A stretch of DNA of 64,000 nucleotides from Eledone cirrhosa (Eukaryota), in assembly GCA_964016885.1 (NCBI GenBank), contig OZ024758.1, positions 26,536,001-26,600,000 on the forward strand, given 5' to 3'. Shown piece after piece: positions 1-11,767 of the stretch (position 1 is the stretch's first letter; each line of letters opens with the position of its first letter). Below the pieces are notes generated by a model. It searched no databases, was not told the origin of the DNA, and saw nothing but the letters and a program-made list of their open reading frames with translations. Position numbers and translations under genes: made by a program.

Positions 1-362
1 ATTTTGCAGTTTAGATGAGTAGTAAAAGCATTAGCTGCATATTTTATAAATCTATTCTTTTAATAAATGACTGACAAGTATTTCAGAAAGCTGGTACAAT
101 GCAGTAGAAATATATAAAGGGCAAAGGATGACAAATAAAATAAAACAAAACAAAAATAATGTTGTTTTTTTTTTATCCGGTATATTTTTATCCGGTATAT
201 TTCAGGGTTATACCATCTTGTCAAATGCAAAAACAAAAATGCCTCTGGCTTGGGATGACTAATGGCTTAGTAGTGGAATTTGGTGGATGAAATAAAATAC
301 TCTGGAAGCCTATTGCACATGTGTGTGTGTGTGTGTGTGGATGGATAGTCAGACAGATACAT

Positions 363-702
363 ATCATCATTTTCATCATTTTACGTCCGCTTTTCCCTGC
401 TTGCAAAGGTGGGACAGGAACTGACTCTGGCTTGATTTCTACAGCTGGATGTCCTTCCTAACACCAACCTCATTTACAGTGAGTGCTGGGTGCTTTTTTG
501 CCGTGGCACCTCCACGACCACTTTGCAGTGGAATGATAGGGACCCTCAGTCCCTATCATCTCATTTCTACAGCTGAGTAAACTGGAGCAATGTGAAATAA
601 AGTGTCTTGCTCAAGGAAACAACACATCACCCGGTCTGAGAATTGAACTCACAACCTTTCGATTGCAAGGTCAATGCTCTAACCACTAAGCCATGTGTCT
701 CC
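363..702 (-). mobile_element. tRNA-derived CORE-SINE ('family B') with RTE-like 3' tail
   Basis: Minus strand reads GGAGACACATGGCTTAGTGG (A box) ... GAGTTCAATTC (B box), then a MIR-CORE-like segment (CCTTGAGCAAGACACTTT...CAGTTTACTCAGCTGTAGAAATG) and a (GAT)n-like tail. More than 10 near-identical copies in the window. Confidence 0.85.
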
Positions 703-822
703 ATATGTCTATGTATATAAATGTCCTTTGTTTGTGTCTATATTTACCAGTGTAAACCAGTGGGTCGAGTCATGTCCCTTCAGTCAAAACAGTAACTTAG
801 CAATTTCATAAATACAGATTAT

Positions 823-1258
823 CCCTTTAATGTTCAAACCGGCCAAAACCGGCCAGAATTCTCTACCTCTTTCTGTTGAAACTGGCTGTAACTGGTCACT
901 CAAACTGATGTTAAGGTATTGTTCTCAAAATAAATACTTTCAAAATCTCATAGATTCGATATTATGTGAGATAATTATGCGAGGTAAAGCCTTTACCATG
1001 AAAATATAATAATATATATAGAGTAATGTGAATGCTAAAGGGTTAACCCTTTAACATTTACATTACTCTATATATATTATTATATTTTCATGGTAAATTA
1101 CATAATTATCTCAAATTGTATCGAATCTATGAGATTTTGATATTATTTACTTTGAGAACAATACCTTAACATCAGTATGAGTGGCTAGTTACAGCTAGTA
1201 TGAACAGAAAGAGGCGAGAGAATTCTGGTTAGATGCAGTCAGTTTAAATGCTAAAGGG
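823..1258. mobile_element. Two inverted piggyBac-like MITEs (~210 bp each) sharing a TTAA at 1043-1046
   Basis: Termini CCCTTTA...TAAAGGG abut TTAA. Same family recurs many times in the window. Confidence 0.75.
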
Positions 1259-1636
1259 TTAATAAGATTGGTATCGGATTAAAATACTGGGCTCAATATA
1301 GACTGACTGAAATTCCTTAAAGGTTGTGCCCCAGCATGGCCATAGGCCAATGTCTTAAACCAGAAAAAAATAAAGGATAAAAGAATTATGAACATGAGTA
1401 GACAAAGAAGGATTTCTGATTTAACAAGATATCCATTTAACATATCTAGCAATTTGAAAGAAAAATATTGCTTGTTTTCTCTCTACAATCACCTAATTAG
1501 CTATATCTTAACTTTTTCATCAAGCACTAATTAGTCGTAATTAATTGTTTCTACTTTAGGCACAAGGCCAGCAATTACCCAGTGCATTACTGGTACTTTA
1601 TTTTATCGACCCCGTAAGGATGAAAGGCAAAGTCAA

Positions 1637-2135
1637 CCACTTAACAGGGTGGGCTGGGTGTATTTTGTTACTACCACTTAACAGGGTGGGCTGGATGTAT
1701 TTTGTTGTAGCACCAGCACTACCACTTAACAGGGTGGGCTGGATGTGTTTTGTTGTAGCACCAGCACTACCACTTAACAGGGTGGGCTGGGTGTATTTTG
1801 TTGTAGCACCAACACTACCACTTAACAGGGTGGGCTGGATGTGTTTTATCATGGCACCAGCACTACTACTTAACAGGGTGGGCTGGGTGTATTTTGTTGT
1901 AGGAACAGCACTACCACTTAACAGGGTGGGCTGGGTGTGTTTTGTTGTAGCACCAGCACTACCACTTAACAGGGTGGGCTGGATGTGTTTTGTTGTAGCA
2001 CCAGCACTACCACTTAACAGGGTGGGCTGGGTGTGTTTTGTTGTAGCACCAGCACTACCACTTAACAGGGTGGGCTGGGTGTGTTTTGTTGTAGCACCAG
2101 CACTACCACTTTATGGGGGTGGGCTGGGTGTGTTT
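1637..2135 (+). repeat. 48-bp minisatellite (~10 units) related to the SINE internal module
   Basis: Unit ACCACTTAACAGGGTGGGCTGGRTGTGTTTTGTTGTAGCACCAGCACT; 16-aa periodicity in the ORF track. Confidence 0.9.
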
Positions 2136-2681
2136 TATTGTGACACCACCACTTTACAAGGTGGACTGGGTATGCTTTACCGTGGTTGTCACATGACCAT
2201 CTAGACTGGAGACTTTTTTCAGACCCTATAATATCTCAGACACTGTAACCTCCAGTCTCTCACCATTTTTACTTTTAGTGTCAGTGTTTCTACTGGTCGA
2301 CATGTTTTGTAATATGATACCGAAGTAAAATGGCTAAAGAGATAATGGTCTTCGAAGGTAATTCTACTGCAGGTATTTCATTGTGTATATGAGAAGTACA
2401 TTTAAACTGGCCCTATCTGGCCAGAATTCTCTCACCACTTTCTGTTCAAACCGGCTGTAACTAGCTGCTCATACTTATGTTATGGTACTGTTCTCAAAAT
2501 AAATATCAAAATCTCATAGATTCGATATTATGTGAGATAAAGTGTTTACCGTGAAAATACAATAGTATTTATAGAGTAATGTAAAGGGTTAATACAAATA
2601 AAACACCATATATGAAAGACTATATCATCATAATCATCATCATCATCATTTAACATCCATCTTCCTCGTTAGCATGGGTTG

Positions 2682-2719
<38 letters not shown>

Positions 2720-4444
2720 TTTAAATTTTTTTTTTTTTAACTGTTTGTCAATCAATGATAAACATTGATTGCCAGCTAAATTAATTATAGAAATATAAAA
2801 TATACAGAAGCGAAAACCAACCCCAAACCAACAGTGAGTGTGTTTTATTACATATTTCTGGCAATATTATAACAATATGACTCTCCCCAAATATAACAAC
2901 ACTTAACCCTTTAGCATTTAAACTGGCCATAACCAACCAGAATTCTCTCACCTCTTTCTGTTCAAACTGGCTGTAACTAGCCACTCATACTTATGTCAAG
3001 GTATTGTTTTCAAAATAGATAATACCAAAACCTCATAGATTCAATATTATGTGAGGTAAAGCCTTTTCCGTGAAAATACAATAGTAAATATTGAGAAATG
3101 TAAATGTTAATTCTATCTGCCACCATTCACCTAGAAGGGTAGAAATAAAGTAACAAATGATTGTGTTGTTTATGATAGACTGGCATTCAACCCAAGAGAA
3201 GATATCTCTCTCCTCACCTCACCTTAGCACTATGAAACTTGAACTTAAAACTAACCTTCAAAATGTCCTGAAGGACATAAGAAATTTCCATTTAGTAATT
3301 CAAGCACAACATCTTCTTATCCATAGCATGGAGTAAACAAATACATGGGGTTGCGAAAACAATATCATGATGTGATATCATTTGCCTCAAGAATATTTGG
3401 AGGTCAAAGATAAATACTGGAAAAGTTTCTCTTTTCTTTTTTAAAACTATAGCGGAAATCTGCTACATAACAGCATAACATGTTGTTGTTGTTGTTGTTA
3501 TTGCTAGACAGGCATAACCAAATAAAACACCATACACCTTTCCAAGTAGTAGCACATCTACAATTAGAAGCTGTCTAGATATCACCAATGGGATAAAACA
3601 AGGAGATGAGAGAGAGATAGAATATTGCAGCAGCTGAATGTGTAGGAGCAGGGTGGATGAAAAAAGCTCAGTGAAACATCCAAACTTCACCAAAGTAAAC
3701 ACACAAACACACACGACTTTGGTAACAGATAGAAAAACAAAAGTAGTTTTACTAAAAAACAAAGTATTTTAATGAAACATAGATACAATAGTGAAAGAGA
3801 TAACATTTAATAAGGAAGATGCTGAAAGATGAAGAAGTGGGTGTGGAAAAATACTATATGGCACTTAACTAAACAAAACTGTAGTTGACTGATCACTTAT
3901 AGAAAAGAAACCTTTCTGATACAACATTGTAAAGCAACCACTTGGAAGCCCATATTAACATCTTGATTCTTAGCAACGAAAGATATAAATAGTGAATCAC
4001 TAATAATCAGGCATATTCAGACAGCTGCCATACATTGTACAGTGAAAAGACTATTATAGATTTCATCATTTTATTTTTTATTGCTGCAAATGCAGAAATT
4101 CATTTGCTAACATTATAAATAACATGTACAGACTCCCACCAATAAAACTTTTGTGTTGTCTTTTGTAAAAACAATATTATTTTTAACTATAGCACGATGG
4201 CCTTAGCTTGAGATGGCTAAAACAAACTAAAGAGTTGAAGAACTGACGTCAGTAGCTCTTTTGGAGAAATCTCTTTATTTGGTGTTCTGTTAGTAAGTAG
4301 GAAGAATGGAAAACAAGGAAAATAAAGCAACAAAAAGACATAACAACATCAGAAAATGCATAAGAGAACTCAAGGAGTAGGAACTGGCTGTTTCAGAACA
4401 GACAGAGAGAGAGAGAGAGATATATATATATATATATATATATG

Positions 4445-4660
4445 GTGAAGGCGTGTGGCTGAGTGGTTAGAGAATTGGATTCACAATCTTGAGATTGTGA
4501 GTTCGATTCCTGGACCGGGCGATGCGTTATGTCCTTGAGCAAGACACTTTATTTCACGTTGCTCCTTCTACCTGGAGTTGCGACCGATAGATAGTATTAG
4601 CAATTGGAAAGACCAACGGAAACATTGTTTCCTCGGTCCGATTTGATGAAAGTCGATCGA
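4445..4660 (+). mobile_element. tRNA/CORE-type SINE variant (other copies ~19633-19790 and ~49491-49755)
   Basis: TGGCTGAGTGG A box, GAGTTCGATTCC B box, TCCTTGAGCAAGACACTTT core, and a different 3' part shared with the other copies. Confidence 0.7.
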
Positions 4661-4925
4661 TCCTTTAATATATATATATATATATATATCCACAAAATAC
4701 AATATATATATATATATATTTCGTTTCTGAATTTGTTTAGCAAGATTCTTTATCTGAAAACGTGTGTTGAAACCGATATTGTTATGCCTTGGGAGGGTCA
4801 TGTTGCCAATAAGAAACACAAGCACCAGTTGCTTTCACTTCAATTTTATAAATTAAATTTATAAATTTAAGAATTTATAAATTTCCGGTTGGTTGGTTCC
4901 ATAACCGGACGGTTGTTCATATATT

Positions 4926-4968
4926 GTCAAAGTTCTTTCGTCACACATTCTGTGACCTCTTCAGTGAC
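4926..4968 (-). ncRNA. Minimal type I hammerhead ribozyme motif (left arm)
   Basis: Exact reverse complement of 5099-5141. Confidence 0.7.
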
Positions 4969-5098
4969 TGGTGATTCTTTTCTTTGTTTTGTGCCTTTCC
5001 TTTGTTCTGTCTTACACCATCTTGTTTTTCACACACAAAAACAAGATGGCGTAGGACAGAACAAAGGAGAGGCACAAAAACAAAGAAAAGAATCTCCA

Positions 5099-5141
5099 GT
5101 CACTGAAGAGGTCACAGAATGTGTGACGAAAGAACTTTGAC
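5099..5141 (+). ncRNA. Minimal type I hammerhead ribozyme motif (right arm)
   Basis: GUCA-CUGAAGAG-GUCACA-gaaug-UGUGAC-GAAA-G-aa-C-UU^-UGAC. Stem I GUCA/UGAC, 6-bp stem II, minimal stem III, predicted cleavage after 5137. Confidence 0.7.
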
Positions 5142-5287
5142 AATATATGAACAACCGTCCGGTTATGGAACCAACCAACCGGAAATTTATAAATTTAATT
5201 TATAATAAATTGGAGTGAAAGCAACTGGTGCGTGTGTTTCTTATTGGCAACATGACCCTCCCAAAGCATAACAATATATATATATAT

Positions 5288-5619
5288 ATCATTGTCATTT
5301 TATGTCCCCTTTTTCCCTGCTTGCAAGGGTGGGACGGGAACTGATTCTGGCTTGATTTCTACAGCTGGATGCCCTTCTTAACACCAACCTCATTTACAGT
5401 GAGTGCTGGGTGCTTTTTTTGCCGTGGCACCTCCACGACCACTTTGCAGTGGAATGATAGGAACCCCAGTCCCTATCATCTCATTTCTACAGCTGAGTAA
5501 ACCGGAGCAATGTGAAATAAAGTGTCTTGCTCAAGGAAACACATCACCCGGTCTGAGAATTGAACTCACAACCTTTCGATTGCAAGGCCAATGCTCTAAC
5601 CACTAAGCCATGTGCCTCC
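5288..5619 (-). mobile_element. CORE-SINE family B copy
   Basis: Near-identical to 363-702. Confidence 0.85.
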
Positions 5620-6078
5620 ATATATATACATATATATATATATTGTGGAGGATATATATATATATACATACAATATATATATATATATTGTGGAGGATAT
5701 ATATATATATATACAATATATATATATACAATATATATATATATTGTGGAGGATATATATATATACATACAATATATATACATATATATATATATATTGT
5801 GGAGGATATATATATATACATACAATATATATACATATATATATATATTGTGGAGGATATATATCATCATCATCATCATCATCAACGTTTAACGTCCGTG
5901 TTCCACGCTTGCATGGGTTTGGACGGGGGTAGTCCCACTTGAGGCAAGAGTGATTGTCTTGCTCGCATAGGACTGTCTGGCAGGTTTTCTACAGTTGGAT
6001 GCCCTTCCTATATATATATATATATATTGTGGAGGATATATATATATATATATATACAATATATATATATATTATGGA

Positions 6079-6121
<43 letters not shown>

Positions 6122-6294
6122 CAATATATATATATAGTGGAGGATATATATAAATACAATATATATATATATATTGTATTTATATATATATATATATAAA
6201 TACAATATATATATATATATTGTATTTATATATATATATATTGTATTTATATATATATATATATATATATAAATACAATATATATATATATTGT

Positions 6295-6339
<45 letters not shown>

Positions 6340-6360
6340 TATATAGTATTTTGTGGAGGA
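5620..6360. repeat. Compound (TA)n microsatellite with recurrent TTGTGGAGGA, interrupted by a SINE 3' fragment (~5863-6009)
   Basis: Direct reading. Confidence 0.9.
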
Positions 6361-6639
6361 TGAGAAGGAGGGTATGAATATACTAAGGAGTTGAGTTTAG
6401 GGAAGGGAAGATGGGGAAACACAGTTTGTGTAGGTGTGTGAGGGGGTGTGGTGTGAGGGGTGGGTCTGAGTGTATGGGGGGAGAGGGTGAGGGGAGTCTA
6501 TGTGTGTGTATGAGGAGTGGTCTATGTGTGGGTCTAAATGTATGGGAGGGGGAGTCTGTATGTGTGTGAGGGGTTTATCTCTGTGCATGTGGAGGTCTCT
6601 GTGTATGGAAGGGGGGGGGGGGGGTCTGTATGTGTGTGA

Positions 6640-7308
6640 GGGGAGTCTCTGAGTGTGTGTGTGTCTGTGTGTATCTGTGTGTGTGTGTGTGTGAGGGGAG
6701 TATCTGTGTATCTGTGTGTGTGTGGGGGGGGTCTCTGTCTGCATATGGGTCTGTGTGTGTGTGGGAGGGGGATTTCTGATTCTGTGTCTGTGTGTCTGTG
6801 TGTGTGTGTGTATGAATGTGTGTCTGTTTCTGTGAGTGTCTGTCTGTCTGTGTGTGTCTCTGTCTGTCTGTCTGTGTGTGTGTGTATGTCTGTCTGTGTG
6901 TGTATGTCTGTCTGTGTATGTCTGTCTGTGTGTGTCTCTGTCTGTCTGTGTGTGTCTGTCTGTGTGTATGTCTGTCTGTGTGTCTGTGTGTGTCTGTGTG
7001 TGTGTATGTCTGTCTGTGTGTGTGTATGTCTGTCTGTGTGTGTGTATGTCTGTCTGTCTGTGTGTGTCTCTGTCTGTCTGTGTGTGTCTCTGTCTGTCTG
7101 TGTGTGTCTCTGTCTGTCTGTGTGTGTGTCTGTCTGTCTGTCTGTCTGTGTGTGTGTATGTCTGTGTGTGTGTGTCTCTGTGTGTGTCTCTGTTTGTCTG
7201 TCTGTGTCTGTGTGTGTGTCTGTCTGTCTGTGTGTGTGTCTGTCTGTCTGTCTGTCTGTCTGTGTCTCTGTGTGTGTATGTCTGTCTGTGTGTGTGTGCA
7301 CACACACA
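6640..7308. repeat. Compound (GT)n/(GTCT)n microsatellite
   Basis: Direct reading. Source of the HTQTDR/VCLS ORFs. Confidence 0.95.
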
Positions 7309-7794
7309 GGACCGTATGTTGATGAGCTTGGTGAAGGTTTAGAAAATATGAGAGACTGGAGCGGAGGAGGTGAGATGATGTGAGATATTCAGTGATGAGG
7401 TTAATAATACACTAAACTATAAATATGAAAGAATGTAGATGAAATGTGGGGGGAAAAAACAAATAAAAATAACAGGTGGAGAAGAGGGGGGGGGGAGGAA
7501 GTAGGGTAAATAAACATAGTAATAGCATATAACATGAAGTAAGATGAATGAACAGTGCCAAAAGTTGAGGAAATTGTGTTATTTGAGTAAATGGACACCA
7601 GTAAGTAGGTGACCAGAGAAAGAAAACACTGCGAATGATGTATGAGATTATTAACCCTTTACTATTTAAACTGGGTCATATCCGGTCAAAGTTCTCTCAC
7701 TTCTTCTGTTGAAACCCCAGCCGGCCCGTAACTGGCCACTCATACTGATGTTTATGTATTGTTCTCAAAATAAATATCAAAATCTCGTAGAGTA

Positions 7795-9640
7795 GCCGTC
7801 ACGACAAAAAGCACCCTCTCCACACTGTAAAGTGGTCACGGAGGTGTCACAACAAAAAGCACCCAGTCCACACTGTAAAGTGGTCATGTAGGTGTCATGA
7901 CTAAAAGGACCCAGTCCACACTGTACAGTGTTTGTGTAGGTGTCACAGTAAAAAAGCACCCAGTCCACACTGTACAGTGTTTGTGTAGGTGTCACAGTAA
8001 AAAAGCACCCAGTCCTCACTGTAATGTATTCGTGTAGATGCCACAGTAAAAAAGCACTCAGTCCATACTGTAATGTGTTTGTGTAGGTGCCACAGTAAAA
8101 AAGCACCCAGTCCTCACTGTAATGTATTCGTGTAGATGCCACAGTAAAAAAGCACCCAGTCCACACTGTACAGTATTTGTGTAGGTGCCACAGTAAAAAA
8201 GCACCCAGTCCACACTGTAAAGTGGTCGTGTAGGTGCCACAGTAAAAAAGCACCCAGTCCACACTGTACAGTGTTTGTGTAGGTGCCACAGTAAAAAAGC
8301 ACCCAGTCCTCACTGTAATGTGTTTGTGTAGGTGCCACAGTAAAAAAGCACCCAGCCCATACTGTAATGTGTTTGTGTAGGTGCCACAGTAAAAAAACAC
8401 CCAGTCCACACTGTACAGTATTTGTGTAGGTGCCACAGTAAAAAAGCACCCAGTCCACACTGTAAAGTGGTCGTGTAGGTGTCACAGTAAAAAAGCACCC
8501 AGTCCACACTGTACAGCGTTTGTGTAGGTGTCACAGTAAAAAAGCACCCAGTCCACACTGTAAAGTGTTTGTGTAGGTGCCACAGTAAAAAAGCACCCAG
8601 TCCACACTGTACAGTATTTGTGTAGGTGCCACAGTAAAAAAGCACCCAGTCCACACTGTATAGTGTTTGTGTAGGTGCCACAGTAAAAAAGCACCCAGTC
8701 CACACTGTAAAGTGGTCGTGTAGGTGTCACAGTAAAAAAGCACCCAGTCCACACTGTACAGTGTTTGTGTAGGTGTCACAGTAAAAAAGCACCCAGTCCA
8801 CACTGTACAGTGTTTGTGTAGGTGTCACAGTAAAAAAGCACCCAGTCCACACTGTAAAGTGTTTGTGTAGGTGTCACAGTAAAAAAGCACCCAGTCCACA
8901 CTGTACAGTATTTGTGTAGGTGCCACAGTAAAAAAGCACCCAGTCCACACTGTACAGTGTTTGTGTAGGTGCCACAGTAAAAAAGCACCCAGTCCACACT
9001 GTACAGTGTTTGTGTAGATGTCACAGTAAAAAAGCACCCAGTCCACACTGTACAGTGTTTGTGTAGGTGCCACAGTAAAAAAGCACCCAGTCCACACTGT
9101 AATGTATTCGTGTAGGTGCCACAGTAAAAAAGCACCCAGTCCACACTGTAATGTGTTCGTGTAGGTGCCACAGTAAAAAAGCACCCAATCCACACTGTAC
9201 AGTGTTTGTGTAGGTGCCACAGTAAAAAAGCACCCAGTCCTCACTGTAATGTATTTGTGTAGATGCCACAGTAAAAAAGCACCCAGTCCTCACTGTAATG
9301 TGTTTGTGTAGGTGCCACAGTAAAAAAGCACCCAGTCCACACTGTACAGTGTTTGTGTAGGTGCCACAGTAAAAAAGCACCCAGTCCACACTGTACAGTG
9401 TTTGTGTAGGTGCGACAGTAAAAAAGCACCCAGTCCTCACTGTAATGTATTCGTGTAGATGCCACAGTAAAAAAGCACCCAGTCCACACTGTAAAGTGGT
9501 CGTGTAGGTGCCACAGTAAAAAAGCACCCAGTCCACACTGTAAAGTGTTTGTGTAGGTGCCACAGTAAAAAAGCACCCAGTCCACACTGTAAAGTGTTTG
9601 TGTAGGTGCCACAGTAAAAAAGCACCCTGTACTCACTGTA
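7795..9640 (-). repeat. 49-bp minisatellite (~38 units) of the SINE internal module, ending in a SINE 3' part (to ~9807)
   Basis: Unit CACAGTAAAAAAGCACCCAGTCCACACTGTACAGTGTTTGTGTAGGTGC, followed by GTTAGGAAGGACATCCAGCTGTAG and a GAT tail. Confidence 0.92.
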
Positions 9641-9829
9641 AATGAGGTTGGTGTTAGGAAGGACATCCAGCTGTAGAAACAAAGCCAAATCAGTTCTGTA
9701 TGAGCAAGACATGGTCAACTGACCTGACATTGGCTACAACAGGACAACTCGTCTAACCCATACTTGTGTGGAAACATGGACATAAAATGAAATGATGATG
9801 GTGATGAAAGCCTTTACCATGAAAATATA

Positions 9830-9992
9830 ATTATTTCTACTTTTGGCACAAGGCCAGCAATTATTCCAGTGTATTACTGGTACTTTATTTTATCGACCCC
9901 CGTAAGGATGAAAGGCAAAGTTAACCTCGGCGGGATTTGAACTCAGAATGGTAAGGGCCGTAACTCTATGCTTGGCGTCCGACCCTCTACTC
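9830..9992 (-). mobile_element. tRNA-derived SINE ('family A')
   Basis: B box GAGTTCAAATCC on minus; flanked by duplicated TACCATGAAAATATAA. Roughly 20 copies or fragments in the window. Confidence 0.8.
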
Positions 9993-10010
9993 TCTACCAT
10001 GAAAATATAA

Positions 10011-11456
10011 TCTACTTATATATATAACCAGCAATTTCTCTGTCTGTCTGTCCGACAGTGGAAACACGTGCGTAGAGAGAGAGTGAGAGTGAAAGAAAGA
10101 GACAGACTACGAGAGGGGGAGAGAGGGAGAGTGAATAGACGCTAAAACACGTGCTACAGAAACATTACCTTCCCCTCTCCACTGACTTTGGTCACTGAGG
10201 CCGAGGGAATCGCGCTGAGCGCGTCATAATGACGTAATGCAGACAGCCAGACATACAGACAGATATTATAAGGGCGCAACGTTATATCTATGTATCTATC
10301 TAAAAAGAAAGACTAAGAATTATATAGAGAGAACGCTAAATCGCCTAATGCGGTCCCTAGGGCATTGAAAATTTGAAATAATTTTTGCTCAAAAAACTCA
10401 CAGGACCATAATTATTACATGTCTAAAGTTTGAAAACAATCGGTTGGATGGTTCTCAAGTTTTAGTGAGCTGACAGACAGACAGACATTCTCTGTTTTAG
10501 ATATATAGACTAGCAGAAAACCGCCCCCCCGGGTGGTTTTCTGCTAGTCTATATATATAAAACTGAGGATGTCTGTCTGTGTGTGTGTGTGTGTGTGTGT
10601 GAGTTTGAATCCCTAAAACTCGAGAACCACCCAACCGACTGTTTTCAAACTTTACACGTCTTCTGAGCAAAAAAAATTTCAAATTTTCAATGCCCTAGGG
10701 ACCGCATTAGGCGATTTAGCGACCTCTCTTTATAATTCTTAGTCTTTCTCTTTTTAGATAGATACATACATATAACGTCGTGCCCTTATAATGTCTGTCT
10801 GTATGTCTGGCTGTCTGCATTACGTCACTTCCCTGAGGATGTGTGTGTGTGTGTGTGAGTTTGAATCCCTAAAACTCGAGAAGTACCCAACCGATTTTTT
10901 TCAAACTTTACATGTGTATTACTTATGTTTTAGGGAGTGTTATGCACATAAAAATTCAACATTTTGATCTCCTAGGGCCCGCAATAGGTGAAAAACTGCG
11001 TTTTTAAAGCTTTTTAGGTTTTTATTTAGGTATTACGTCAGACCAATTTCCTTGATATTGTAACTATTTATTAGTCAGTCTCTTCTTCATACCGTGAGCA
11101 AAGAAAATCCAACTTTTTTATGGCCTAGGGCCCGCATTAGGTGAAAAACTTCATTTTTTTCAGCTTTTTAGAGCTTTTTGGAAGTGTTACGTCTAGCCGA
11201 TTTTCCCGAAATTTCAAGGCAATTAAGCACATAAAAAAAATTCATTTTCTTGATCCCCTAGGGCCCGCATTAGGTAAAAACCTGCATTTTTCCTGCTTCA
11301 ACTAGGAAAATCTTAAAGACTATCTAGCCATCAGAGTATTTGGTTTATTTTCTTTACATCTTGTCCAGGCATGCAGTTTTTCCACAATTAGGTCTCAATT
11401 AGGTCTCCCGCGTCCCAAAATACCTTATCCCGTGCAACGCCGGGTACCACTGCTAG
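10011..11456 (+). mobile_element. Non-autonomous Helitron
   Basis: 5' TCTACTTATATATATAA; 3' hairpin CCCGTGCAACGCCGGG followed by CTAG. Inserted at A^T inside a MITE (GAAAATATAA^TAGTAAATATAGAG) with no TSD. Confidence 0.8.
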
Positions 11457-11767
11457 TAGTAAATATAGAGTAACGTAAATGGTAAAGGATTAAAGTAAAA
11501 GAGTTAAGACTAAGTAGTTTGGTAAAGAATATAAGACAGTGTAAATATTGTGTGTAATGAGGATTAACTTATATTAAGAGTAAAGTGGAGTAGACTGTTG
11601 ACAATTACATAAACAGGGTGGTGTCAGTTTACTAATACAAAAATAAAAGCATGACTTTAATAAAGGTGTGGAAAATTTAGTGAGCCAATAAAAGAAAATG
11701 TGTTGGTGTGAAGAGAAGTCTTAAATAGGTGAAATAAAATTAGCAAGAAAGTAAACAGAAATAGCAA

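Larger units (their letters stand above)
4719..5277. mobile_element. Penelope-like foldback element: inverted arms (4776-5029 / 5037-5277) plus a ~57-nt one-sided tail, inserted in (TA)n
   Basis: Near-perfect ~250-bp inverted repeat with a 7-nt loop, an asymmetric extension on one arm and a hammerhead motif in each arm. Second copy at 55150-55444. Confidence 0.75.

Noticed and set aside
5544-7383. YI-, HTQTDR- and VCLS-rich ORFs
   Set aside because: Microsatellite translations.
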